DNA of 64,000 nt from Nitrospinota bacterium (GCA_016176845.1 JACOWJ010000029.1:3397-67396), one strand, 5' to 3'. Counted from the first letter of the stretch, positions 45,502 to 55,791 are shown. Notes: a model not told the origin generated them from the letters alone. A program made the numbers and translations.

Positions 45502-47730
45502 TTAGCTCTTATTCTTCAAAGCCGCCAGGATCTTCTCCGGCGTGACCGGCAGGCTATTAACCCGGACCCCCGTGGCGTTGGCGATGGCGTTGGCGATGGC
45601 CGCCGCCGAAGGCACATGCGGGGGCTCTCCCACACCCCGGGCTCCGTAAGGATTGGTACCCGAAGGCTCTTCGATCAGGATCGGATCGATGTTGGGAAGA
45701 TCCATGGCGGTGGGCATCTTGTAGTCGGTGAAATTGGGGTTGATCATCCGCCCATCGCTGAACTTCATCTGTTCCATCAGCCCGAAGCCGATCCCCTGGA
45801 CGGCCCCACCCTGGATCTGGCCCTCGACCATCAGCGGGTTAAAGGCCAGGCCAACGTCCTGGGCGGCCACGAATTTGAGCAGCGTCACCTCCCCGGTCTC
45901 CGGGTCTACCTCCACCTCGGCCGCCTGGGCCACCAGGGTGATGGTATTCTTGATCATCAGATTCTCGGTCCTAGCCTGCAGGAGCTTACCCGTCTGCTGG
46001 CGGTACCGGGACGCCAGCTCCCTTAAGGCGATCCCTCTCTGGGGGTTGCCGGCGACCACCACTTGCCCCCCCTCCAACGAGAGTTCCTGCGGGGAGACGC
46101 CCAACTCGCCGGAGGCTAGCTCGAAGAGCGGTTTTTTGATGGCGTCGCAGGACACCTTGATGGCATTGCTCATGTTATAGGCAATCATGCTGCCGCCGCT
46201 GGGCGGGACCATCGGGACTTTGTTGGGCACCTCGGTCCGGATGCTCACCCACTCGAAGGGGATCCCGAACTCCTCGGCCGCCACCTGGGCTAAGACGGTG
46301 GGAGCACCGGTCAGGTCCACCACGCCGCTGACCACGGAAAGGGTGCCGTCTTCATTGAGGGTCACCTCCGCACCGCTGGGCATAGCCATGGTGTTCCACT
46401 GGCCGCAGGCGATCCCCTTGCCCCGATTCTTCCCGCTGGGGGTGCCCCAGCCGATCCCCTCGGCCACCGCGTCCAGGAGCTTGGGGAGGCTGGATTTCTT
46501 CAGCTTCTCTCCGGCGAAGGTGGCATCCCCATCTCGGAGGGCATTCTTGCGGCGCAGATCCAGGGGATCGATCCCCAGCTTCTGGGCGATCTCGTCCATC
46601 TGGGACTCCACGGCGAAGGTCACCTGGGGAAAGCCCGGGGCCCGGTAGGAGCCACAGTTGGGTCCGTTGATGTAGACGGAGTAACCCTCCAGATGGGCGT
46701 TCTCGATATGGTAGGGACCACAAGCGCTGGAGGACGAACCCTGGGCCGTCAGGGGGGTCATGCCGGCATAGCCGCCGGAATCGTAGATCACCTTGGCCTC
46801 GCGGGCCAGGATCGTCCCATCCTTCTTCACGCCGGTCTTAAGGTAGATCTTGGCCGAGGAGCGCGGGGTAGCGCTGGTGAACTCCTCTTCCCGGCTGATG
46901 GTGATCTTGACCGGTCGGCGGGTCTTGCGCGCCAGGACTGTGGCCACGTGGGAGATCAAGGGGGGAAACTTCCCGCCGAAGCCGGCCCCGATGGTCGAGG
47001 GGACGATCTCGATCTTCTCCTCGGGCAACCCCAAGGCCTGGGAGAGGAGCATGCGCAGGATAAAGGTGGCCTGAGTGGTCGTCCAGATGGTGACCTGGCC
47101 ATCCTCCTCCACCCTGGCGATGGCGGAATGGGGCTCGAGGTAGCCCTGGTGGGTGTTGGGGGTGGTGTAGACCCCCTCGACGACCAGGTCCGATTCCTGG
47201 AAGGCCTTATGCACGTCACCGCGGTCGAGCACAAAGGCCATGTTGGCGTTTCCTTTCCGTGTGACCGGGGGCAACATCCCCCCGTACTGGGAGAGCTTCT
47301 CATGCAGGATGGGAGCGTCAGGCCTGAGGGCCTCCTCGGGGTCGAGGAGGGCCGGAAGCACTTCGTACTCCACTTTGATCATTTCCAGGGCCTTCTCGGC
47401 GATCTCCTCCGTGTCTGCGGCAGCGGCAGCCACCCGGTCTCCCTTGAAGTAGACCTTGCCGGTGGCGAAGATCCGCTCATCGGCCACCAGCCAGCCGTAG
47501 GGCTCCCCGGGACAATCCTGGGCGGTAGCCACCGCTCTCACTCCCGGCAGGGCCTCGGCCGCCGAGGTATCGATCTTCAGGATCCGGGCATGGGCATGGG
47601 GGCTATAAAGAATCTTGCCGTAGAGCATCTCCTTCTCGCCCTTATCGTCCGCAAAGACCGCCTTGCCCGTGACCTTCTCAACAGCATCCAGCCGTTTGAT
47701 GTTCTTTCCGATGACTGAATATTTGCCCAT
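45502..47730 (-). CDS. Xanthine dehydrogenase family molybdopterin-binding subunit
   Basis: DAVEKVTG, GAGFGGK, YRAPG, VEGQIQGG and GARGVGEPP. Confidence 0.93.
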   Translation of the reverse strand: MGKYSVIGKNIKRLDAVEKVTGKAVFADDKGEKEMLYGKILYSPHAHARILKIDTSAAEALPGVRAVATAQDCPGEPYGWLVADERIFATGKVYFKGDRVAAAAADTEEIAEKALEMIKVEYEVLPALLDPEEALRPDAPILHEKLSQYGGMLPPVTRKGNANMAFVLDRGDVHKAFQESDLVVEGVYTTPNTHQGYLEPHSAIARVEEDGQVTIWTTTQATFILRMLLSQALGLPEEKIEIVPSTIGAGFGGKFPPLISHVATVLARKTRRPVKITISREEEFTSATPRSSAKIYLKTGVKKDGTILAREAKVIYDSGGYAGMTPLTAQGSSSSACGPYHIENAHLEGYSVYINGPNCGSYRAPGFPQVTFAVESQMDEIAQKLGIDPLDLRRKNALRDGDATFAGEKLKKSSLPKLLDAVAEGIGWGTPSGKNRGKGIACGQWNTMAMPSGAEVTLNEDGTLSVVSGVVDLTGAPTVLAQVAAEEFGIPFEWVSIRTEVPNKVPMVPPSGGSMIAYNMSNAIKVSCDAIKKPLFELASGELGVSPQELSLEGGQVVVAGNPQRGIALRELASRYRQQTGKLLQARTENLMIKNTITLVAQAAEVEVDPETGEVTLLKFVAAQDVGLAFNPLMVEGQIQGGAVQGIGFGLMEQMKFSDGRMINPNFTDYKMPTAMDLPNIDPILIEEPSGTNPYGARGVGEPPHVPSAAAIANAIANATGVRVNSLPVTPEKILAALKNKS

Positions 47731-47751
47731 CGATCCTCCCTCGCTACGCGA

Positions 47752-48050
47752 GAATTGAAAATTTAAAATTGAAAATTGAAAATTGCAAATTAAGGAAGGC
47801 TTAAAATTCCCTGTTCGCTTTTACATTTCCCGATCTCCGAAAAGGCCTTCTTGCATGATACGAAAATGTCCCCTCACCCCAACCCTCTCCCCAAGAGGAG
47901 AGGGAGTGTCGTAAGCCATTTTCATGGGCTTTGGTGCTCCAGGGGCGCATGGCGCATTGACAAGAATTGAATTGCCAAGTGGAAATTGGAAATTGTAAAA
48001 CGCAAAACGGGAATTTTTAAATTTAAAATTTTCAATTTTCAATTTTCAAT
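47752..48050. repeat. Composite repeat cluster inside the xdh operon
   Basis: AAAATTG heptamer arrays on both sides of a copy of the 40590-40690 element. Confidence 0.75.
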
Positions 48051-48078
48051 CCCCCGAAGGGGCAGTTCCCCGAAGGGG

Positions 48079-48537
48079 TTACGGGTTAACGGACATGATG
48101 GCCTTGACGATCTTATCGTAGCCCGTGCAGCGGCAGAGATTGCCGGCAATCGCCGTCCGGACTTCGAGCTCGGTGGGGTGGGGATTGGACTCCAGCAGGG
48201 CCTTGGTCGAGAGGACCATACCCGGGGTGCAGAAGCCGCACTGGATGGCTCCATGATCGATGAAGGCCTGTTGGATGGGATGAAGCACGCCGTTTTGGGC
48301 GACGCCCTCGATGGTCTGGATGTGCTGGCCGTCGGCCTCTACCGCCAAGGTCAGGCAAGAATTGACGGGCCTTCCCTCTAGCAGGACGGTGCAGGTGCCA
48401 CAATCGCCCATCCCGCAGCCCTCCTTGGTGCCGGTCAGGCTCAGGTCCCTGCGCAAGACGTCCAGCAGTGTCCTCTGGCTGTCCACTTCCAGGGTGTAAC
48501 TCTTTTCGTTGACAATCAAAGTGATGTTGTGCTTCAA
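48079..48537 (-). CDS. 2Fe-2S subunit (CoxS/XdhC-type)
   Basis: GTKEGCGMGDCGTCTV, QCGFCTPG and GNLCRCTGY. Confidence 0.95.
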   Translation of the reverse strand: MKHNITLIVNEKSYTLEVDSQRTLLDVLRRDLSLTGTKEGCGMGDCGTCTVLLEGRPVNSCLTLAVEADGQHIQTIEGVAQNGVLHPIQQAFIDHGAIQCGFCTPGMVLSTKALLESNPHPTELEVRTAIAGNLCRCTGYDKIVKAIMSVNP

Positions 48538-48595
48538 GGTCTTAGCCTCCCTGCGAATTCCTCAAGTTAGGGGTTAGGGACTATGAGCTTTGAGC

Positions 48596-49459
48596 TTATC
48601 TTGCCAACGCGGCCGCCTGCATGAGGGTCCGGCTGGTCAGGGCCTGGACGATGGCCCGGCGATATTCGATCGAGCCCCGCATATCGGTGATGGGCCGGGC
48701 CTCTTGGGCAGCAGCCGTGCCGGCCTGGGCAGCCAGATCCTGGGTCAGGGCCTTCCCCGACAAGAGGGACTCCGCCTGGCGGGCTCGGAGAGGTGTAGGG
48801 GCTACCGCCCCCAGCGTGATCCGGGCTCCAGCGCAAACCCCATCTTGAAAGGAAACGCAGGAGGCTACGCAGACAATGGCGATCTCCATGGCTTTGCGCA
48901 CTCCGTGCTTCAGGAAGATGGCTGCGCTCCGCTGTGCGGCGGGAGGAACCTTCAGGGCCACCAGGAGCTCATCATCTTTGAGGACCGTCTGGTTGGGACC
49001 GGTAAAAAAGTCCTCCAGCAGCAGCTCCCGTTGGCCTGCAGATCCCTGGATCACTGCCGTGGCCCCCAGAGCAATCAGGGGAGGGGCCATGTCGGCCGAG
49101 GGGACCGCGTGGCAGAGGTTGCCGCCGACGGTGCCCCTGTTGCGCACCTGAACGGAGCCAATCGTCCCGGCGGCCTGGGACAGGACAGGGTAATGGCCGG
49201 CGATGTCGCGGTTGGCCAAAATATCGGAATGGGTGGTCATGGCCCCGATCCTCAGTCCCGAGCTCGCATCATAGCTGATCCCCCGCAGAGAGGAGAGCTT
49301 TTTCAAGTCGATCAGGGCCGCCGGCGTGGCCAACTTATTCTTGAGCTGGGGCAGGAGATCGGTCCCTCCCGCCAGGGGAACTCCCCTGCCCTTGTGCTGG
49401 GCTAGCATGGCAATCGCCTGATCCACCGAAGTGGGGGCAAAATAATCGAAGGCTTGCAC
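48596..49459 (-). CDS. FAD-binding subunit (CoxM/XdhB-type)
   Basis: LAGGTDL, QVRNRGTVGGNL and GAVAPTP; GTG start with a GGGAGG RBS. Confidence 0.95.
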   Translation of the reverse strand: MQAFDYFAPTSVDQAIAMLAQHKGRGVPLAGGTDLLPQLKNKLATPAALIDLKKLSSLRGISYDASSGLRIGAMTTHSDILANRDIAGHYPVLSQAAGTIGSVQVRNRGTVGGNLCHAVPSADMAPPLIALGATAVIQGSAGQRELLLEDFFTGPNQTVLKDDELLVALKVPPAAQRSAAIFLKHGVRKAMEIAIVCVASCVSFQDGVCAGARITLGAVAPTPLRARQAESLLSGKALTQDLAAQAGTAAAQEARPITDMRGSIEYRRAIVQALTSRTLMQAAALAR

Positions 49460-49698
49460 GGTTGACCCCTCCCTTTCTAAATGCAGTGAAGGTGAAGAGA
49501 GGTCGCCCAAAACCAGGCAGTCCTGGCGACTCTCCCCTCGGTGAAGTTGACAAAGACAAAAGACAATGGTAACCCAAAGACCCACCCTCCTACGAGGTTG
49601 ACCGGGAGGCGGTGTCTTCCGGGGGCTAACCTCCACAAAAAGCTAGGGTTACTCTATTACATCTGACATTCCGTCGTCAATATTTTTTTCACTGGATC

Positions 49699-50066
49699 GT
49701 ATAGGTATTTCCATTTTTCGTCCCCCTCCCCCTGACCTCGCACCAGGGGAGGGTTGGGGTGGGGGTGAACCTAACTTGCGAATTCCTCTCTTGACTTTCT
49801 CCGTTCCCAGATGTACTTTTTCCACAGGGCAAATTCCTATCCAAAAATCTCCCCAAGAGCAAATTCCTATCCAAGAAAGATAGGGTTAAGATTGTCCATG
49901 ATTTGGACGATACAAAGGGTAATCAGCCGATCGAACCCTGCCCGGCCGGTGCGATCACCGGTACCTATAGCGGCCAAGGTTGCTCGCCGAACCATGGCAG
50001 CGCTATATTAAATTATCCCCCCTTGCGAAGGGGGGGGTTCTTCGCTAAAAATGGAAATTCCTATAC
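49699..50066. mobile_element. Cluster of miniature IS91-like elements and ori-like ends
   Basis: GTATAGGTATTTCC...CTAACTTG (49699-49778); two GCAAATTCCTATCCAA ends 30 bp apart; TAAATTA...GGAAATTCCTATAC (50009-50066). Confidence 0.6.
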
Positions 50067-50074
50067 GACCCAGG

Positions 50075-50180
50075 TACACTGCCAATGGCGAGATCGAGAG
50101 CAAGGCTTCGGGGACCGGACTACGACCTATGTGTACCGCATTTTAAGAAACCTTATGACTGCCGTCTCGCTGGAAGGACG
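50075..50180 (+). pseudogene. RHS/YD-repeat fragment
   Basis: YTANGEIESK, then after a frameshift GDRTTTYVY..L.NL..V..EGR. Confidence 0.45.
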
Positions 50181-50190
50181 CGCGTGTAGT

Positions 50191-52095
50191 ATGGGAATGA
50201 AACGTTACAACTTTTTAAAAATAATTTCGGCGATTTCGGGGTCGATGTGTCTGTTGGCATCCTCCTTACCTGTTGAAGCTGATGTCCTTGAAAAAATCCA
50301 AATTCCCCTTTCTTACCTACAAAAGAATGATATTTCCACCCACTCTGAAGTGAAAAAAAGCCTTCTATCTTTGAATAAGTGGATTAGCAAAAGAGACAAA
50401 AAGGGGATAAAAAAAACAATAGATAATCTTAAAACGATTCGTCTAAATTGGGGGAGCAGGAATCTTCCGTTTATCGCGGATTTCCTCCGAGGAAAAGGCC
50501 AATTCTTGTTTCAATTAGAGGAATATGATTTGGGGATTTTTCTGTTGGAACAGGCTAAAGATGCATTTCCTGAAGATTATAGAATTCGTTTTTCTCTCAC
50601 TAAAATTTATTGCTCTAATCAGGGATTTGACCTTAGAAAGGGATATTTAAACCTGAAAGATGGACTTGGGCTTTATCTAAATTCAAAATTGAGGCAAGAT
50701 CGGTTTGTTTATTCTTCCATTATTTTATTTTGTTTCGCTTTTGTAATTTCCATTTATCTCTATTTTATGCTTCTTCTATTGAAAAATTATAAAAAAGTAA
50801 GCTATGATCTCAAGAAAATACTAGGACTCAATGTTAAATCGTTATTTTCATCTTTCTTTACAATTCTTCTTATCCTACTTCCAGGCATCGCAGGTAGTTT
50901 TTATGTTTTTATCCTGTCTATCCCTGCCTTTATCTGGCCTTATTTGAGAAATTTAAACAAAGCTATTTTGGCTGTGTTTACTGCATTTCTTTTATTTTGT
51001 CCGATTACATTGGGTTATGCTGTAGAAGGAATCATAAAATACAACTCCTCTTATAACGGAAAACTTGATGATTTTTCCCATAATGTTTGGGACACCGAAA
51101 CGTTAAATTATTTTAAAGACCGTCTTAATAAAGACATGCATGATCCTTTTATCAATACATCTGTAGGATTACTCTACAAATGGATGGGAGATCTAAATAA
51201 ATATCATCGCATATTTAACAAACTTAATCAGGATAACCCAGATCATGTACCCACTTTGATCAATTTTGGAAATTCCATGCTTTTATCTGGAAAGCTTGAT
51301 GAAGCGATGAAGCTCTACCAACAAGCCCTGAAGATTGCCCCTAATAGCGTAGAAGCCCATTATAATTTAAGTCTGGCTCTGGAGGAGAATATGAAATTTG
51401 TGGAGGCGAGAGGAGAGTATCAGAAAGCGCACGCCATAGATCCAATCAGGCTTCAGCGTCTTCTGTCTCAATTCTTGGCCCAAAAATCCAATAACGTGCA
51501 ACCAATGGATAAAATCGCAGATATTCCCAAATTTGAAGCGACAGAAAATTCCCAGATCTTATCAAACCAAATGAAGGAAGAGGTGTTAAATTTTCTCTTA
51601 ATTCCACTCTTACGAAAAGAATCGATCATTCCCTTCGCGACTTCGCTACTTTTTCTCATACTGCTTATGCTATGGCGTTACAAAATATTAACCAAAGCAA
51701 GCGAACAATGTGATACCTGCGGTACAGTCTTTGAGCGGGAAATGAAATGCCCGTTGTGCATTGCCATGAAGACATCCCACATGCGGCTAGATCCTGAAAA
51801 AAGGGAAATGGCGTCTGTGAAGATATGGAGATATTCCATATTTAAAAAAACTGTTCCAACCCTATTTAATGCGATCTTACCCGGATCAGGTCTACTTTTT
51901 GACGATTCAGATCTAGCAGGGTTTGTTTTTATTTTTTTGACCCTATTTTTGGTTATTTGCGGAGCCCTCTTTTTAATTTGTCCTTCACAGCCTTTTCAGG
52001 TTGAAGTAATCATTACTTTTTTGGCTGGGTACTATATGATCATTAACTTTCTTTTTATTTTTCAAACTAAAATATGGCACTTAAAGGAAATTTAA
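50191..52095 (+). CDS. Membrane TPR protein with Zn-ribbon
   Basis: Signal-like N-terminus, TM helices, TPRs (EAMKLYQQALKIAPNSVEAHYNL) and CDTC...CPLC. The longer ORF start at 49903 runs through repeats. Confidence 0.85.
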   Translation: MGMKRYNFLKIISAISGSMCLLASSLPVEADVLEKIQIPLSYLQKNDISTHSEVKKSLLSLNKWISKRDKKGIKKTIDNLKTIRLNWGSRNLPFIADFLRGKGQFLFQLEEYDLGIFLLEQAKDAFPEDYRIRFSLTKIYCSNQGFDLRKGYLNLKDGLGLYLNSKLRQDRFVYSSIILFCFAFVISIYLYFMLLLLKNYKKVSYDLKKILGLNVKSLFSSFFTILLILLPGIAGSFYVFILSIPAFIWPYLRNLNKAILAVFTAFLLFCPITLGYAVEGIIKYNSSYNGKLDDFSHNVWDTETLNYFKDRLNKDMHDPFINTSVGLLYKWMGDLNKYHRIFNKLNQDNPDHVPTLINFGNSMLLSGKLDEAMKLYQQALKIAPNSVEAHYNLSLALEENMKFVEARGEYQKAHAIDPIRLQRLLSQFLAQKSNNVQPMDKIADIPKFEATENSQILSNQMKEEVLNFLLIPLLRKESIIPFATSLLFLILLMLWRYKILTKASEQCDTCGTVFEREMKCPLCIAMKTSHMRLDPEKREMASVKIWRYSIFKKTVPTLFNAILPGSGLLFDDSDLAGFVFIFLTLFLVICGALFLICPSQPFQVEVIITFLAGYYMIINFLFIFQTKIWHLKEI

Positions 52096-53216
52096 AAGAT
52101 TTTTCGATTAATAATATTCTCCAGATGATTTTTCTGGAGAAAAAGGGTGGGAGGCTTCTTGTAACCTCCGGAAAAGAATCGATTTCCGTTTTTTTTGATG
52201 AAGGGAAAATACTTCATGCGGAGCAAGGGGGGATAATTGATAAAAGAAGAATGAAACGAGTATTGCTTAAAAATCAATATTTAACTAAAGAACAGTGGGA
52301 TTTGATGGTGGAAGAAAGTGAACGCACCTTTCAACCCCTATGGATACTTTTATCTCGCATTTTAGAAAAAAATACCCATGCATTCCTTTTTCTTCACCAA
52401 CGTCATATTGAACATGTCCTTTTTAGCCTCCTTCGATGGGAGAGGGGTGAGTATGAATATAACCCAGAAGACGTCCCCCACCTGGATAAAAAGGTATTCA
52501 GGCCGGTTGAAGGGGAATTCCTTCTGATGGAAGGATATCGAGTTATCGATGAGTTGAAAAAACTGGAATCCAAGCTTCCACCGATGGAAACCAAGATCTT
52601 TACTTCAACAGAGTATAACAAAATAGTGACTGAAAATGATATTCGAGTCGATGATAACGAAAGATACATTCTGTCGATTTTAGAGCAACCCATATCCCTG
52701 AATGACCTTTTCGATTCAAGTCAGATTAATATTTGTGAAACAGGGAAAGGCGTTGAAAAGTTACTATCTTCAGGCATTTTAACGGTCTTATCAAAAGGAG
52801 AAGTACCTAAACTATCGGACAAATCAACGCATAACTGGAGGAAGCACGCTGTTGTCGGGTCGATATTTTTTTCCGTATTCCTCGGAATTTTGGTTCGAAC
52901 AAAATATTTGGATACAGAATTCGCATCAAATCAATTAGTTAACAGGTATAAAATAATTCAGGTAACAGATACAATGAACAATATTGTAAAATCATTGAAG
53001 TTTTACATTTCACTAACAGGAACATTTCCATATAATCTTGAATCATTGGTGAAAGAGGGCTACATCTCAAGGAAAGAAACCTTGGATCCATGGGGAAGAC
53101 AATTTATCCTTGAAAAAAATAGCCAATTTTTTGCAATCTTTAGTCAAGGTCCCTCCCCGGATGATCCTGGAGATGATATATATTTTCATTTGGATAACCA
53201 ATTTTATCACGAATGA
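52074..53216 (+). CDS. DUF4388 (PATAN-like) protein with TM helix and GspG-like C-terminal domain
   Basis: MALKGNLKDFS..NILQ...KKGG.L and LLRWERGEY; C-terminal G.FP..L..LV...LDPWG...SQGP. Confidence 0.88.
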   Translation: MALKGNLKDFSINNILQMIFLEKKGGRLLVTSGKESISVFFDEGKILHAEQGGIIDKRRMKRVLLKNQYLTKEQWDLMVEESERTFQPLWILLSRILEKNTHAFLFLHQRHIEHVLFSLLRWERGEYEYNPEDVPHLDKKVFRPVEGEFLLMEGYRVIDELKKLESKLPPMETKIFTSTEYNKIVTENDIRVDDNERYILSILEQPISLNDLFDSSQINICETGKGVEKLLSSGILTVLSKGEVPKLSDKSTHNWRKHAVVGSIFFSVFLGILVRTKYLDTEFASNQLVNRYKIIQVTDTMNNIVKSLKFYISLTGTFPYNLESLVKEGYISRKETLDPWGRQFILEKNSQFFAIFSQGPSPDDPGDDIYFHLDNQFYHE

Positions 53217-53222
53217 CTTGTA

Positions 53223-54080
53223 ATGGATAAAACAGAAGAGAGACAGAACCCCTCGACATACTTAAAATTGGCCCAGACCTTCTTAAGTCTGGGCGATGAC
53301 GATCTTGCAAGACTGACCTGCGAGAGAGGGCTAAAACACTTTCCAACAGATGCGAGCCTGCATACTCAGAGGGGAAGTACATTAATCAGCTCGTACAACA
53401 AATCGAAGAAAACGGAAGATCTTATTCAGGCAATTAAGTCTTTCGAGAAGTCTATAGCCATCAATCCCGACAATTATCTCGCATTGATGTTGTCTGCCAA
53501 GATTTATATTAAGGTAAAAGCCTACTTTAAGGCCAGACAAAAACTTACGATGATTCTTTCATCTTTTCCCGGAGATCCTAAGGCGACTGAATTGCTAAAG
53601 TTAATTTCAGCTAAGGAACAGCATTTGAAGCTAGTAGACGAAGAAAAACTGCAAGTAGAGCTAGAAGGCGATGATGATGATATTGATAGTCAGGAAGATC
53701 AGATTTCAGCTAATTACGATTTACTAGCCTCCTATCTAAACCTATTTAAGGAGGAATATGGAATTGAGATGGTATTGTTGGTAGATAAATATGGAATGGT
53801 TATTAAAAGTATTAATATGTCAAAACGAGATTCCAACCGATACGGGATCGCTGTTTCAAATATATTCAGGTCGTCTCAAAACGCCGTGCGGAAAACGAGT
53901 CTTAGCACCTTTTCGAAAGGATTTTTAATCACTCCTGAATACAACATCTACATTGTGGATGTAAAAGGTACCATCTTAGTCATTGTAACACTCCCTAAGG
54001 CCGAAAATGAAGGGATTGAAAAGAGAATCGAACATTATGTCAGAGAAATAGACTCAAAATGGACATCGAAGAAATCCTGA
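53223..54080 (+). CDS. TPR plus Roadblock/LC7 domain protein
   Basis: N-terminal TPRs, an acidic linker, then GIEMVLLVDKYGMVI. Confidence 0.8.
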   Translation: MDKTEERQNPSTYLKLAQTFLSLGDDDLARLTCERGLKHFPTDASLHTQRGSTLISSYNKSKKTEDLIQAIKSFEKSIAINPDNYLALMLSAKIYIKVKAYFKARQKLTMILSSFPGDPKATELLKLISAKEQHLKLVDEEKLQVELEGDDDDIDSQEDQISANYDLLASYLNLFKEEYGIEMVLLVDKYGMVIKSINMSKRDSNRYGIAVSNIFRSSQNAVRKTSLSTFSKGFLITPEYNIYIVDVKGTILVIVTLPKAENEGIEKRIEHYVREIDSKWTSKKS

Positions 54081-54415
54081 AAAAGCTGAACAGGAACAAA
54101 CATATCAAAGGAAGTCTGGTGATTACCCAAGAAGGTATGGTGGTAATGTCGGCATTGGGGGCCGGGCAAAACGCTGACATTTTTGCTGCTTTCTATTCCT
54201 CCGTGGGCTTAACCATTTTGAAATCATTAAAGAACTTAGACATTGAAACCTTTTATCGGTATATCTTATCGTCCGAGGATTCCAACCTTTTTTTTGTTAA
54301 CATTGGAAAACTGTACCTTGTGGTCATAACCGATATCGATGTGAAACTGTCGGAAATGAATGTGGAACTTTATCAGATCGAGAGCCTAATTCGAAAAACG
54401 GGGCGCCTTGAATAA
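54059..54415 (+). CDS. Roadblock/LC7 protein (MglC-like)
   Basis: IKGSLVITQEGMVV...FAA; 118 aa. Confidence 0.85.
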   Translation: MDIEEILKKLNRNKHIKGSLVITQEGMVVMSALGAGQNADIFAAFYSSVGLTILKSLKNLDIETFYRYILSSEDSNLFFVNIGKLYLVVITDIDVKLSEMNVELYQIESLIRKTGRLE

Positions 54416-54441
54416 CCATAAAAATAGCTCACGGTAAAACA

Positions 54442-55791
54442 ATGCAGATCAATTTTTTTAAACGAGAAGTCATTTGTAAAATTGTATATTATGGTCCGGG
54501 GATGAGTGGAAAGACCACGAACCTACAGCAAATTAATGAAAAAACCCCGGTGGACCTCAGGAGCAATCTAACCTCGATTGCAACGGAAGGCGAAAGAACC
54601 CTTTTTTTTGATTATATGCCCCTAAACCTGGGAACCGTTGGTGATATGAACACAAAATTTCAATTGTACACTGTGCCAGGTCAAGTCTATTATAATGCAA
54701 CGAGGAAGCTTGTACTTCAGGGAACGGATGGGGTTGTTTTTGTAGCAGACTCTCAAAATGATAAATTGAATGAAAACATTGAATCTCTACAAAACCTGGT
54801 TGATAATCTTAAAGAATATGGGATCTCGATAAAAGATATTCCTCTGGTTATCCAGTGGAATAAAAGAGACCTACCGAATGCTTTGGATATTGAATATTTG
54901 GAAAAAAACATTAATAAATACAACGTTCCTAGTACAGAAGCAGTTGCTGCAATAGGTGAAGGTGTTGTAGAAACTTTAAAACTCATTTCATCTTTGGTCC
55001 TTGCAAATTTAACCCAAAAACAAAGTACAACGATCTCTGTGACCCAAAAACAAAGCACCACCACTTCTATAACCCAACAACAAAGTAGAGCCGCCTATCC
55101 GACCCTAAAACAAAGAACAACCGCTTCTCCTTCTCCCCAACCCTCAAAAACCACCCTTTTGCATAGGGTCCGGCAAGTTGGACAGAGGTATCTCGGCTGG
55201 ATGCGGCGGAAAGAAAAAATATTAGCGACGATTGATGATGTGAATATTAACAAATCCTATATGATAAATTTTTACAACTTGCAGGTAAGAATGAATGCAA
55301 AATCACCCGTAGAGGATAACTATGATAATTTATCCCAATCGGAGAAGAAAGACTATCTTGATCAACTGATCAACCATTATCTGCTTCTTGGGGAATCTAA
55401 AAAGATAGGGATAACAATATCAAATCAAGAAGTAGATAAATACCTGAATCTTTACGTTAATAAATATGGATCAGAAGAGAAATACAAAACCTACCTCACC
55501 CAAAGGAAGCTAAAACTGGAAGACATAAAGAATGAAATCATCAAACAAATTATTATTAACAAAATTATTAAAATAAAAATCCCTAATTTTCAAGAAAAAC
55601 TCAAAGTAGATGAAAATGAACTTTTAGATTACTACAAAACCAATCTGAAAAAAGTAAATGTTCCTTTTGAAAGCCAAAAAAAAGAAATTGAACAGGCCTT
55701 AACTAAACACAAAAAATCAAAATTGAACCAGGAGCTCTTTCAGATTTTGCGCAGCAAAAATACAATAAAGACCTATCCGGAGAATTTATGA
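54442..55791 (+). CDS. mglA: MglA small GTPase fused to a SurA/PrsA N/C-core-like domain
   Basis: KIVYYGPGMSGKTTN, RTLFFD, LYTVPGQVYY and NKRD; repeat linker; ILATID...LDQLI..LL..E.KKIGITIS..EV. Confidence 0.9.
   Translation: MQINFFKREVICKIVYYGPGMSGKTTNLQQINEKTPVDLRSNLTSIATEGERTLFFDYMPLNLGTVGDMNTKFQLYTVPGQVYYNATRKLVLQGTDGVVFVADSQNDKLNENIESLQNLVDNLKEYGISIKDIPLVIQWNKRDLPNALDIEYLEKNINKYNVPSTEAVAAIGEGVVETLKLISSLVLANLTQKQSTTISVTQKQSTTTSITQQQSRAAYPTLKQRTTASPSPQPSKTTLLHRVRQVGQRYLGWMRRKEKILATIDDVNINKSYMINFYNLQVRMNAKSPVEDNYDNLSQSEKKDYLDQLINHYLLLGESKKIGITISNQEVDKYLNLYVNKYGSEEKYKTYLTQRKLKLEDIKNEIIKQIIINKIIKIKIPNFQEKLKVDENELLDYYKTNLKKVNVPFESQKKEIEQALTKHKKSKLNQELFQILRSKNTIKTYPENL
55011..55130 (+). repeat. 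Four degenerate 30 bp coding tandem repeats (TQKQSTT linker)
   Basis: ACCC(A/T)A(A/C)AACAAAG recurs every 30 nt. Confidence 0.85.

Noticed and set aside
45502-49459. Aerobic CO dehydrogenase (coxMSL)
   Set aside because: The large subunit has GSYRAPG rather than the AYxCSFR or AYxGAGR CODH motifs.
49903-50190. N-terminal extension of the TPR ORF
   Set aside because: It reads through repeat elements and ferredoxin/RHS scraps; composition shifts at about 50190.
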